In this document: positions 48,845 to 60,044 of the stretch, in pieces
How the letters are laid out: every line of letters begins with the position of its first letter
Position numbering within the stretch: the first letter of the stretch is position 1
Source: Macrostomum hystrix
Lineage: Eukaryota; Animalia; Platyhelminthes
Assembly (NCBI GenBank): GCA_950097015.1
Contig: CATNEN010000025.1
Location: 5,332,001 to 5,396,000, forward strand
Reading direction: 5' to 3'
Length of the DNA stretch: 64,000 bases
Position numbers and translations under genes: made by a program
Notes under the pieces: model-generated
Databases searched by the model: none
Told to the model about the DNA's origin: nothing
The model's input: the letters and a program-made list of their open reading frames with translations, nothing else

Positions 48845-49349
48845 AATAAGCTAGTGTTCTTGATCATCATTTTAAAAGCTGTCTGTTGGAACAGGTTGTG
48901 GTTACATTTTTATTGTTGAATAACTCGGACATTTGTCATCTCTGTGTGAGCGCATTTGCTTCCTGCACTTGAATTCTGCATTAGTTAAAGAAAATGTCAA
49001 TTTTTTGCATGTTCCTGTTCTACCGTCTGCTGTTTAGTGAAGTCCTATCTGCCCTCCGTCATCACTGGCTGATGTGAAGCATTTTTTTGGCGGTTGAAAA
49101 TTAATCAAGAATAAAACTGGAACACTGCTTGAAGCGAAAATATTTTACGAGAAACCGAGTGCCGCGCTACTAATTCCACTCGGTGACTTTTTTGTAAAGT
49201 CTTAGGAAAATACGAGCTATGCAGTGTAGCCTGCTTTTGCCTATGCGTCCGCTTTTCTGTATCATGAGAGATGCTTGATTATTAGATTCGTACATAGAAA
49301 GGACTAAGAGAGAAATAACAGTTGGTGGATTAACATGGGATTATGTTCC

Positions 49350-49700
49350 ATCAACTGATGGAGCAGGATTAGCAAATAGCGGATTAACCAGTGGTTCTCA
49401 ACAGAGGATTATCAACTGATGGTTCAAGGGAGGATTAGCAAGTAGTGGATTAACCCAAGATTATCAACTGATGGAGCAGGATTAGCAAATAGCGGATTAA
49501 CCAGTGGTTCTCAACAGAGGATTATCAACTGATGGTTCAAGGGAGGATTAGCAAGTAGTGGATTAACCCAAGATTATCAACTGATGGAGCAGGATTAGCA
49601 AATAGCGGATTAACCAGTGGTTCTCAACAGAGGATTATCAACTGATGGTTCAAGGGAGGATTAGCAAGTAGTGGATTAACCCTAGGTCATCAACTGATGG
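49350..49700. repeat. 113-bp tandem repeat x3 (dimer of related ~55-60 bp subunits)
   Basis: Units start at 49350, 49463 and 49576. Confidence 0.92.
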
Positions 49701-51635
49701 ATTTAGAAAGGGTTTTGACATTTGTAACTTATCAGGACAGGATTAACGTCTGATGGATTAAGGGATGATGAACAACTGGTTGGTTAAGTGAAGACAATTA
49801 TTGCTTAAGAAAGCTGTACAACTAATTAACTATGGAAGTTAAATACTGGTTTCTGTTCAACGAAACATTTTGCTAAGGTGAGTATAGTACACTACTGTTA
49901 AGTAGCACAGATAGATTTTTTGCGCAAGTTTCAGAAAAAAATTCTGAAAGGCTCGACCCGAGCGAAATTGTTGAGATAAACTAGGAAAACTTGCATAGTG
50001 ACAATTTCCTTCGAGCTGGGAAGCACAAACAGACCGAAACTTTGCTGCTTCAGTGTTCTTAAAACCTTCTTTCGTTGTCAATCCGTGATGCATGGCTTGC
50101 TTGCCCGTGTCCAGAAATTAGACAGACATTTAGCCGTCCTCCGAGCGACTTCTTCCGTGTCTCGCGTGTTCTCAAATTCTTTTTCTTGGGCCGATTCAGT
50201 CTGAACGGATGGTGGCAAGAAAAATTAGAGCGAAGAAGAGAGTCTTTTGGAAGAAATCTAATTATTATTTGCAGAGACAGCAACACATGTATTTCATTTA
50301 CTGTGCTTTCGGCTGAAAATATTCACATTAACGAAAAATTATAAAGTTTATTTGATTATTAAATATCATAATACTTCCACATACTAGATACAGTTAATCA
50401 AGATTGCATTGCATTTAAAAGTGCATCTTTTCTGGTCGAAAGGTTAATTTTCTTACTAAAGAAACTGTTAAACCCGATCAGATAATTGACAATCCCAATT
50501 AAAGACTCAAATAAAGGGACGGCTGATCCCTTGACTGTTGACAGTTGAAATATGATGACATCATTTCACGGACGGAATCGAAAATGTTTGTTAAAGAGTT
50601 ATCAATCTGTCCAACAAATATAAAAAATATGTTTTCTAACTCTTTATTTGAAGAATATAATTTGCTTTTGCACTTTTAACTCGAAATTGCGGCATATCTA
50701 AAAATAAATGTGACTGAAGACTATTTTTGACCGCTGCATAATAGACACAAAATTGAACTAAAATGTCTCAATACAGTGAGTAATGAAAGTGTTTTTACTC
50801 AGGGAACTAAATCACAGGTCCCGAAACAAGGAAGCAAATCCTATTTTAGGAAATTAAGTTTGTTTTCCAAGTACTGCCACTTGCCTTTGAAGGGTTTTGA
50901 TGTAGTATTTTGACATTTCTACTACCGAGTTAGTATAGTGGGACCACTGTACTCTGAGCACGTACATATTATATTCAAGCAAGCTCGATGGGTGTACATA
51001 AATTGGACAGCCCGTTCTATACGCAATCTTGTTTGTTTTACTAATCTTTGAATGAGTACATTCGCTGTAATCTAGCGGAACTCCTTCGGAGGAGATCGTG
51101 GGTGAGAATTCGTACCGAGAGTGCCAGTGTACACGTCGGACACGCATATTCCTGGCCAAGTGGACAGACAGATAAAAACAGCGAAGGAAGTTCTAAGGAA
51201 AAGCTTTCTAAACACATTCGGGCTTCTAACGCACAGTCTACCAAACCGGTGCTTGGCTCATCTCCTCAGGTGGAATAGGCGAGCAGTGTTTGTGGCAGCA
51301 CAGTGCGATCCTTCTCTCTCTCTTTCTCTCCCTCTCTCTCCGCTCTCTTCGCTGCGCGTAACAAACAGAATCAAGAAAGTTGAGTATAGAAAGCAAAAAG
51401 GCACAAACGCGAGAAAGAAGATTTGCCACTCATCTTTCAGTAGAAAAAAAACACAAAGAAAACAAAGCAAAATAAGAGACAGAAGACGACTTCCAGGTTG
51501 AATAGAAGAATCTCAGAGGAGAGCGAGAGTAAAGGAGCATCGCACAGGTATAAATTAGTTAGCTAGTGGTGGGCTGACGTTATTTACAACTTACAAGGCG
51601 TCGCATTATACCCAGAGGCCCTCTCAGAACAAGTA

Positions 51636-51834
51636 ATGGGCAATTTGGCCTCATGTGCTGGCGCCGGCCGCACTGACTACCGGGTGGACAAGCCGCGTCG
51701 ACCGGCTAAGCGAAGCGAGTCCGCGCCAGCCAAGCCCTTGTCACTTGGACGATTGGGCAGCATGAGAAAGCGGCGACCGGACGGCCGGCTGCCATCGGCG
51801 GATGCCGCGGCGGTCGAAGGTGATGGAGGAGGAG
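51636..51834 (+). CDS. Myristoylated CARD-LRR protein, exon 1
   Basis: MGNLASC start with polybasic GSMRKRR; |gtgagt donor in phase 1. Confidence 0.75.
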
Positions 51835-51869
51835 GTGAGTGGCACCACTGGAGGGCAAAGATCGTTCAG

Positions 51870-52075
51870 CGGCTGGAGGGCGGAGAGTTCAGGGACTGGA
51901 GGACGGAGAGTTCAGGGACTGGAGGGCGGAGAGTTCAGGGACTGGAGGGTGGAGAGTTCAGGGACTGGAGGGCCGAGAGTTCAGGGACTGGAGGGCGGAG
52001 AGTTCAGGGACTGGAGGGCGGAGAGTTCAGGGACTAAGGGTTGAGAGTTCAGGGACTGGTGGGCGGAGAGTTTAA
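51870..52075. repeat. 23-bp minisatellite GAGAGTTCAGGGACTGGAGGGCG (intron 1)
   Basis: About 8 units. Confidence 0.9.
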
Positions 52076-52799
52076 GGCCTAACCATTTTTTTCCTTGAGA
52101 AACTCGAGGAAGCCTGGTAAGGAAGATGGTAAATGGCATTGCTTTGAAGTCATCTAGATGCGAGTGCAAATGTACTCATTAGGATTATAATATGTTTCTG
52201 CAGAAGACCTAGGCAGCTGATACTCTTGTATTTCTGCTGCTGCTTATTGCTGAAGTCGAAATTTGAGACTTGTTGGGACAGGGCCGTGCCCCTAGGACAA
52301 AGACGAATGAAGCGCAAAATGCGGAATATTCTAAGAATCGTTGAGAATACAAGCGTACTACGTGTGCTCATTGCCCGAGGGATTTCGGACCATCCAGCTT
52401 GACAAGGAATGAAAATGATTGGACTGTGGGGGACTGGCTTAGCTGTGTGTATTATTAGTTTTGCATAAATATTGTTGTGTTTCTAGCAGTCAGATTGCAA
52501 TTTGAAGATGAACTAGCTAGTAGCTAGCTAGCATTTTGTATTGTTCAAGATGTGCGCTTTGAAGCTGGGCTGAGTTGAGAAAAATCAATCTTTAATCAGT
52601 TTCTTTGATAAAAGGCAGGGGATAAGATACTCTAGCTTTCGCGTTTTTTAATTATCCAGTGTAAATCAATCCGTTTCACAAGCCTTTTGACTTGTTAGAG
52701 AATTATCCCATTTTAGAATATTAAGTCGCTCTAATTAACTCCTTAGTAATTGGTTTTCAATTTCAATTCAAATTTTGATGTGAACATCCCACCTTCCAG

Positions 52800-53176
52800 A
52801 AAATTCTCAAGTCGATCCGCTTCTGCAGAAACTCATGGAGCTAAAAGTCCAACTGCAGGCCTCGGCACCGCAACCGCAGCAGAACCCTGAGGCGTCCGCC
52901 GCCGCCGCTGCCGAAGCCGCCACCGAAGCCGCTATCGACAGCCGGCGCAAGCAGACCCTGTTCCAACGTCGCTTGAGCTGCATGGCGCCGATCCGGCGGA
53001 ACACTCTCCTGGCAACGCCGGCACCAACTCTGAACACCGACACAGCCGCTGTTGTTGTCGACGACGATGAAGTGCCAGTGTTCGCTGATGAGAACGGAGC
53101 TGAGAGAGACCCGTCTGACTGCGAGCTGGCCGAAATCATGGAGAAGCTTGTTCAGCAGCAGCAGCAGCAGCAACTG
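52800..53176 (+). CDS. CARD-LRR protein, exon 2
   Basis: ttccag| acceptor in phase 1; ENSQVDPLLQKLMELKVQLQ...polyQ; donor |gtacaa. Confidence 0.75.
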
Positions 53177-53189
53177 GTACAACGACTTT

Positions 53190-53520
53190 TGAACCGGTCC
53201 TCCCTCACCTGGTCCTTTCTCACCTGGTCATTCCTCACCTGGTCCTCTCTTACATGGTCCTCTTTCACTGGTCCTCTTTCACAAGTCCTCTTTTATAGGT
53301 CCTCCTTCACATGGTCCTCCTTCACCTCGTCCTCTATCATTTGGTCCTCTATCACTTGGTCCTCTTTCACCTGGCACTATCTCACCTGGTCCTCTATCAC
53401 CTGGTCTTCTATCACCTGGTCCTCTATCACCTGGTCCTCTATCACCTGGTCCTCTATCACCTGGTCCTCTATCACCTGGTCCTCTATCACCTGGTCCTCT
53501 TTCACCTGGTCCTCCCTTGC
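53190..53520. repeat. 15-bp minisatellite TCACCTGGTCCTCTA (in-frame 384-nt intron 2)
   Basis: About 20 imperfect units. Confidence 0.88.
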
Positions 53521-53560
53521 TCAGTTCCCAAACCAGCTTCCTTCCTTTCACGCACTGCAG

Positions 53561-54162
53561 GGCGCGTCGAATCCTCCGCCGAAGAAGCCGCCGCCGCCGC
53601 TGTCTAAGATGCCACCGAAGAAGCCGCCGCCTCTCGGAGCTCGCACGGTGCGCACCAGCCGCAGCGCGCCGTCGACTCCGCCGATGCAGCGCAGCAACCC
53701 CGCCGCGCCGCGAACGCCGCCGCCGAAGCCGCCGCGCTACGCCAATCTGCGCCTACCCGGCTGCCTTCAGCCGCCGCCGCGGCCGCCAGAACTGTTGAAG
53801 CCGCTGCCCCGGCCGCCGCTAAATTCGGACGCATCGCCAGCTGAACATCAAGAGCGTCCGAACACGCCGGACAGTTTGGACGGCGGCGATGCGGCTGCCG
53901 AACTGCCGGAAATTTGCGTGCCGGAGGATGGCGTGGAGCCAATCGGAGACCAGGAACAGGTGGACGAGAATTTTCCTGGTGAAGAGCAGCCGCAGTCCCT
54001 GCCGCTGCAACTTCCACACCAGCAGCAGCAGCTACTGCAGAAGGAGTCAACAAGACCGGCTTCAAAGTCTGTCTGCGATCTGGTTGACTCGGCTCTGATG
54101 GACAGTTCCGTGTACGAGAATGTCGACTGGGACAACCACCTTGCCGTTCTGCGGCCCACCTG
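53561..54162 (+). CDS. CARD-LRR protein, exon 3 (proline-rich, YANL and YENV motifs)
   Basis: ctgcag| acceptor in phase 0; PPPKKPPPP...PPPKPPRY; donor |gtgtgt in phase 2. Confidence 0.75.
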
Positions 54163-54298
54163 GTGTGTTGCACCCTGATTTTTGGCCGCGGAAGAAAAAT
54201 GCTAACCTCTATTGCGCTTATCCCAGCTCAGCTCATCTCTCCTCGCCTCAACTCTTCTTTCCTTTCTCCGCCCCCTTCAATCCTTCAAATCTTGGCAG

Positions 54299-54899
54299 TT
54301 TCGGCTCAGCAATGTGCCACATGGACCATCTGACCAAGGCGGCTTCCCAGGACCTGCTGCAGCCGGCTTCAAGTCCGGCTGACACCGCGGCGGAAGACAC
54401 CGGCCAGCTGTCGCTGCCGTTGACGTCTCGTTCGCGAGCTGCTCGCCAGATTCTGTCGCGCGCCTTCGTCCAGTGCCTGCCGTTCGGCGGCGAGTTTCTT
54501 CGCCTCTGTCGGGCCCGCGGCTGCCTCTCGGAGTCGGCCACCAGGGAGCTGCTGCGGGGCTTGCCACCGGCGGGGTCTGAATCGGCACCGATGACGGAGT
54601 CGGCGAATAGTTCAACTGCTCGAGCCGAGCGCTTTTTGCAGCTGTTCGACTGGTCCGAGACTAGTCTGCGCAAACTGTCGCAGTGCCTGACGGCTACTGG
54701 CGGCGCTTTCAACTGCCAGCTGGCCGCCATTGTGACCTTCCTGTCTGACCTGTTCGCCTTGCTGGCCGCCAGACACTTGTTCGTGCAGCAGGGCCGCGCT
54801 GGCAAGCGTCGTCGAGTTGACGCATTCCTACGAGGCGTCCGCCTGATCGATGGCAATGTTGAACGCGAGGAGGAACGCGAAGGGCGCTGTCAGGTTCAG
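54299..54899 (+). CDS. CARD-LRR protein, exon 4 (CARD-like death fold)
   Basis: Pyrimidine tract plus ggcag| in phase 2; RQILSRAFVQCL..EFLRLCRARGCLS..ARAERFLQLF..SLRKLSQCLTATG..QLAAIV; |gtgagg donor in phase 0. Confidence 0.78.
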
Positions 54900-54954
54900 G
54901 TGAGGAGGCTCGCAGACTCGGGATTAAATCCTCATTCAATTCGCACCCAGTACC

Positions 54955-55135
54955 CCAGCCTAATAATAACAATTGATTTCACCTGCCCTGTGCAGCCGAC
55001 AGCACAGCCGCGGCAATTGCGCGTCGCATCTGAAGGCTGCGTACGGCTGTTCAGTCCATGGACTGGGGGGACGCCACACCCACCCTCAATTGTCCATTTA
55101 ACAGTAGAATGACCACGGGGGCAGTTCAAATACCC
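54955..55135 (-). mobile_element. CORE-SINE family 2, partial copy (intron 4 of the CARD-LRR gene)
   Basis: Reverse complement CTGTTAAATGG..AATTGAGGGTGG..CCCCCAGTCCATGGACTGAACAGCCGTACGCAGCCTTCAGATGCG matches 42410-42505. Confidence 0.8.
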
Positions 55136-55444
55136 ACATGTTTCTTTTTTCTGTATGTCCTAAAATATTAAACCAATCGCCATGAAAATCGCCATGAACA
55201 CGGCCTAAAATTTCCCACTCTAGCCGGTGAAACGACTTCCAGAATCACAAAACACCGGCATCGTCGAGATATTCAACGATTGGTGGCAAACACCGCCAAT
55301 ATGGGCCTAATTTTTCTGTTCACAAAATTTCATCAAGTAACCATGTCGGCTATCATTGCTAACTATTTTAGATTGATGAAATTGTTTTTTTTCTTAAACC
55401 AATATACATTCGCCATAACAAACGATAAAATCACCATTGCACAG

Positions 55445-56719
55445 CTGCTCTATCTGGCCAACTCGGACGATCAAGGAGCCTCCGCGGAGGTTGCAACTGA
55501 TCCGCAGCCTGGTCGGCGCCAGCGTCGTCACCAGCTCACCGCCAGCGAGGTGGCCGCCATCAACGAGCCCGACTGGCTCTGCTCGAACTTCACGCCGGCT
55601 TTGTCGCTAGACCTCACCGGCTCCGGTGTCAACGCCTGGTTCTTCAAGCAGCTGGTTGGCAAATCGCTGCAGCCGGTGGCCGAACTATCCCTAGCCGGCT
55701 GCGAGCTGGACTCTGGCCTTCTGCCAACCCTTGTGCTCACCCAGCGGTCCAGCCAGCTGCGGGTGCTCTGCCTGGCTGGCGCATCGCTCGGAGACGACTC
55801 ACTCTCCGCGCTCTGCCTGCTGCCGCAGCATCAGCTGGCCAACCTGGAGGTCCTGGACCTCTCGGCCTGTGACGTCACCCACTTCGGCCTGTCACTCCTA
55901 GCCGGCTGCATTCCCGTCACCCTGCCGCGCCTGTCCGACCTTGACCTGAGCTGGAACGACCTGTCCGAGGCGGCCCCGGCCACCATGGCCGGCCTGCTCG
56001 ACCCCGCGGCCGGGCTTCGCGGCCTTCGGCTTCGCGGCTGCCGACTGGCCAGCGACGCCCTGCGCGCCGTTGCCGACGGCCTCCCGGCTGCCATCGGCGC
56101 CAATCTGTGCCTGCTGGACCTTAGCGACAACCGGCTGAACTGCCTGATCCTGACCCGCCTGGCTGAGCGCCTCGGCAAGCGATCTGCCACCTCCGGCCGA
56201 CTGTCCGAGCTGGGCCTGGCTGGCGTCAACCTGTTCGCCATCGACCTGCAGAAACTGCTGGAATCCGGCGGCTGCGACGGCTGTCGCCGGCTCGACCTCG
56301 GCCGAAATCACCTCGGCGAGGCCGGCGCTGTGCACCTGGCCGGCCGCTTGCCACCGCAGCTTGACAGCCTAGCCGTGGCCTCCTGCCGGCTCGGCTGTCG
56401 AGGGCTTCGACGCCTGCTGGAGTCGGCCAAACTGTCCAGCTGCCTGCGCCTTGTGCGGGCCACGAACAACTTGCGCAATCAACAGGGCCGCGGCGGCGGC
56501 GGAGGCGGCCTCGGCGCCGAGGAGACCGCGCTTCGTCGAGAGATTGTCGAAGCCAATCTGGCTACTGGAGGCCGGCTGCGCTTCATGATCGACGACGCCG
56601 CCGATTGCGACTTAACAGCCGATTGTGGGGCTCAGTCACCGCTCTCGGACGGAGACAAACGTCTGCGGCGCGGCGGCAGCTTTCGGAGAAGCCTCAGACG
56701 GTTGGCCTCGCTTGACTGA
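55445..56719 (+). CDS. CARD-LRR protein, exon 5 (about 10 ribonuclease-inhibitor-type LRRs, stop)
   Basis: LEVLDLSACDV, LSDLDLSWNDL, LCLLDLSDNRL, RRLDLGRNHLGEAG at ~28-aa spacing; gcacag| acceptor in phase 0. Confidence 0.88.
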   Translation: MLYLANSDDQGASAEVATDPQPGRRQRRHQLTASEVAAINEPDWLCSNFTPALSLDLTGSGVNAWFFKQLVGKSLQPVAELSLAGCELDSGLLPTLVLTQRSSQLRVLCLAGASLGDDSLSALCLLPQHQLANLEVLDLSACDVTHFGLSLLAGCIPVTLPRLSDLDLSWNDLSEAAPATMAGLLDPAAGLRGLRLRGCRLASDALRAVADGLPAAIGANLCLLDLSDNRLNCLILTRLAERLGKRSATSGRLSELGLAGVNLFAIDLQKLLESGGCDGCRRLDLGRNHLGEAGAVHLAGRLPPQLDSLAVASCRLGCRGLRRLLESAKLSSCLRLVRATNNLRNQQGRGGGGGGLGAEETALRREIVEANLATGGRLRFMIDDAADCDLTADCGAQSPLSDGDKRLRRGGSFRRSLRRLASLD

Positions 56720-56864
56720 CGAGCCTGGATTCAGTAGCCATTTGAGCAGCCGACAACCTCCGCTTGAGTCCGCTTTGCCCTACATCTGACTCAACGAACA
56801 CTTCCAGTCGAACTGTATTTCCGAGTCTACCGCTAAAACTCCCACCAAATATAAATCTTCATCT

Positions 56865-57265
56865 GACCAGAAATATTCCCCTAGCAACCAGAAATATCCC
56901 CCTAACAACCAGAAATATTCCACTAACAACCTGAAATATCCCCCTAACAACCATAAATATTCCATTAACAACCAAAAATATTCCCCCCTAGCAACCAGAA
57001 ATATTCCCCTAGCAACCAGAAATAACCCCTAACAACCAGAAATATTCCCCTAACAACCAGAAATATACCCCTAACAACCAGAAGTAGCCCCTAACAACCA
57101 AAAATATTCCCCTAACAACCAGAAATATCCCCCTAACAACCAGAAATATTCCTGTAACAAACAGAAATATTCCCCTTGCAACCATTAATTTTCCCCTAAA
57201 AACAAGAGATATTCCCCTAGCAACCGCATATCTTCCCCTTACAACAGGAAGTCTTCTCCTAACAA
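56865..57265. repeat. Degenerate 21-bp minisatellite CAACCAGAAATATTCCCCTAA
   Basis: About 18 units decaying rightwards. Confidence 0.88.
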
Positions 57266-57762
57266 TGGGACATCTTTAAAGTGAAAACTAATATTTTTCC
57301 CTGATGCCGAAACGGGCGAGGACAGAAAATCTCCCAACACTAAAATCTTCCCCCATTCCGTAAATCATTAAAATTCTATTTTTCAGCATACAATTTCTTG
57401 TTCTGGTTATTTTTCTTATCCAGTTCCAAAGTCATAGCTTGCTCAATTCCTACTCGCTTTGTAAAAATCCTACCCAAATATTTAAGGGCCGTGTGTTTTC
57501 TTAAGCAGCTACATCAACAGCCTGTGTAATGGACTTAACTACCTGTAATCTTAACACTATGGTTCAACATGTTAAGATTGATCTTTTTGTCGTGCTTAAT
57601 TATCGAAATTCAGTATTTGAATGCTTCATTATAATAAATTAAGCTTCTGTCTATCAGCCACTGTTTTCGAGTACAGATAATCACCTGTAAAACTTGGCCT
57701 TCAATGAAAATGTATTATTTAGCTCAATGATTTTTTGTCTCAATTTTATACTTACACTTACA

Positions 57763-59580
57763 ACCGCCATTCTCCTCCCCAGCCCGCCATTCTCCTCCCC
57801 AGCATGCCATTCTCCTCCCCAGCCCGCCATTCTCCTCCCCAGCCCGCCATTCTCCTCCCCAGCCCGCCATTCTCCTCCCCAGCCCGCCATTCTCCTCCCC
57901 AGCCCGCCATTCTCCTCCCCAGCCCGCCATTCTCCTCCCCAGCCCGCCATTCTCCTCCCCAGCCCGCCATTCTCCTCCCCAGCCCGCCATTCTCCTCCCC
58001 AGCCCGCCATTCTCCTCCCCAGCCCGCCATTCTCCTCCCCAGCCCGCCATTCTCCTCCCCAGCATGCCATTCTCCTCCCCAGCCCGCCATTCTCCTCCCC
58101 AGCCCGCCATTCTCCTCCCCAGCATGCCATTCTCCTCCCCAGCATGCCATTCTCCTCCCCAGCCCGCCATTCTCCTCCCCAGCCCGCCATTCTCCTCCCC
58201 AGCCCGCCATTCTCCTCCCCAGCCCGCCATTCTCCTCCCCAGTCGGCCATTCTCCTCCACAATCTGCCATTCTCCTCCCCAGCCCGCCATTCTCCTCCCC
58301 AGCCCGCCTTTCTCCTCCCCAGCCCGCCATTCTCCTCCCCAGCCCGCCATTCTCCTCCCCAGCCCGCCATTCTCCTCCCCAGCCCGCCATTCTCCTCCCC
58401 AGCATGCCATTCTCCTCCACAATCTGCCATTCTCCTCCCCAGCCCGCCATTCTCCTCCCCAGCCCGCCATTCTCCTCCCCAGCCCGCCATTCTCCTCCCC
58501 AGCATGCCATTCTCCTCCCCAGCCCGCCATTCTCCTCCCCAGTCGGCCATTCTCCTCCCCAGCCCGCCATTCTCCTCCCCAGTCGGCCATTCTCCTCCAC
58601 AATCTGCCATTCTCCTCCCCAGCCCGCCATTCTCCTCCCCAGCCCGCCTTTCTCCTCCCCAGCATGCCATTCTCCTCCCCAGCATGCCATTCTCCTCCCC
58701 AGCCCGCCATTCTCCCCAGCATGCCATTCTCCTCCCCAGCCCGCCATTCTCCTCCCAGCCCGCCATTCTCCTCCCCAGCCCGCCATTCTCCTCTCCAGTC
58801 GGCCATTCTCCTCCACAATCTGCCATTCTCCTCCCCAGCCCGCCATTCTCCTCCCCAGCCCGCCATTCTCCTCTCCAGTCGGCCATTCTCCTCCACAATC
58901 TGCCATTCTCCTCCCCAGCCCGCCATTCTCCTCCCCAGCATGCCATTCTCCTCCCCAGCCCGCCATTCTCCTCCCCAGCCCGCCATTCTCCTCCCCAGCA
59001 TGCCATTCTCCTCCCCAGCCCGCCATTCTCCTCCCCAGCATGCCATTCTCCTCCCCAGCATGCCATTCTCCTCTCCAGTCGGCCATTCTACTCCACAATC
59101 TGCCATTCTCCTCCCCAGCCCGCCATTCTCCTCTCCAGTCGGCCATTCTCCTCCACAATCTGCCATTCTCCTCCCCAGCCCGCCATTCTCCTCCCCAGCA
59201 TGCCATTCTCCTCCCCAGCCCGCCATTCTCCTCCCCAGCCCGCCATTCTCCTCCCCAGCATGCCATTCTCCTCCCCAGCCCGCCATTCTCCTCCCCAGCC
59301 CGCCATTCTCCTCCCCAGCATGCCATTCTCCTCCCCAGCCCGCCATTCTCCTCCCCAGCCCGCCATTCTCCTCCCCAGCATGCCATTCTCCTCCCCAGCC
59401 CGCCATTCTCCTCCCCAGCCCGCCATTCTCCTCCACTGCCCGCCATTCTCCTCCCCAGTCGGCCATTCTCCTCCCCAGTCGGCCATTCTCCTCCACAATC
59501 TGCCATTCTCCTCCCCAGCCCGCCATTCTCCTCCCCAGCCCGCCATTCTCCTCCCCAGCCCGTCATTCTGCTCCACAATC
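57763..59580. repeat. 20-bp minisatellite CCCGCCATTCTCCTCCCCAG
   Basis: About 90 units; variants AGCATG, AGTCGG and AATCTG. Confidence 0.97.
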
Positions 59581-60044
59581 TGCCATTTTACTCTTCGATC
59601 CCCAATTTACCTTTCAGCCATCTCTTTCATCTCCAATTATTCTAGGATGAGAACTTTTGTTTTCGTGATCAATGAGGTTAGTTTCATTATACTGATAGCA
59701 AAACACAGGATGTTGTCGGCTTATGTGATGCTTATCTCGCAAGGTACGAGTATTAGCGGTGATTTTTTCCAGTGATGGTCGCTATTTTTGCTGCGAAATA
59801 ATTCTAGCAAAAATCAAGTTGCATAGAAACACGCAATTCCTTAAAAAGCAAACAATCGATTCACACCTTTCGTTGCTAAAAGTCTTCCGTGCGGGGGAAG
59901 AGGCTCGTCGTCTTGTCGCCCGAAGGGACTGGACCAGGAGCCGTGTGATGCTGTCGGGCTGGCGAACCTCGTTAATTCGACGTACTCGGCGGTGAGGCTA
60001 GCTAAGGAGCATCTGTGGCACAGGCCCAGCATGAACCCAGTAGA

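Noticed and set aside
49350-49700. CRISPR-like appearance of regular repeats, here and at 61845-62040
   Set aside because: No unique spacers (units are head-to-tail copies), no cas genes, eukaryotic spliced context.
50854-51501. Several 70-125 aa ORFs upstream of the CARD-LRR gene
   Set aside because: No recognisable motifs or consistent splice structure; probably promoter/UTR or decayed element sequence.
54900-55444. Hidden NACHT exon between CARD and LRR
   Set aside because: The 545-nt intron contains a CORE-SINE piece, a dispersed repeat and AT-rich sequence; no P-loop, and too short for a NACHT.
54248-56335. Antisense ORFs over GC-rich exons (also over IQCH, the transposase, FBL and 38700-39434)
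   Set aside because: Shadow ORFs expected from high GC; the sense frame carries the recognisable domains.
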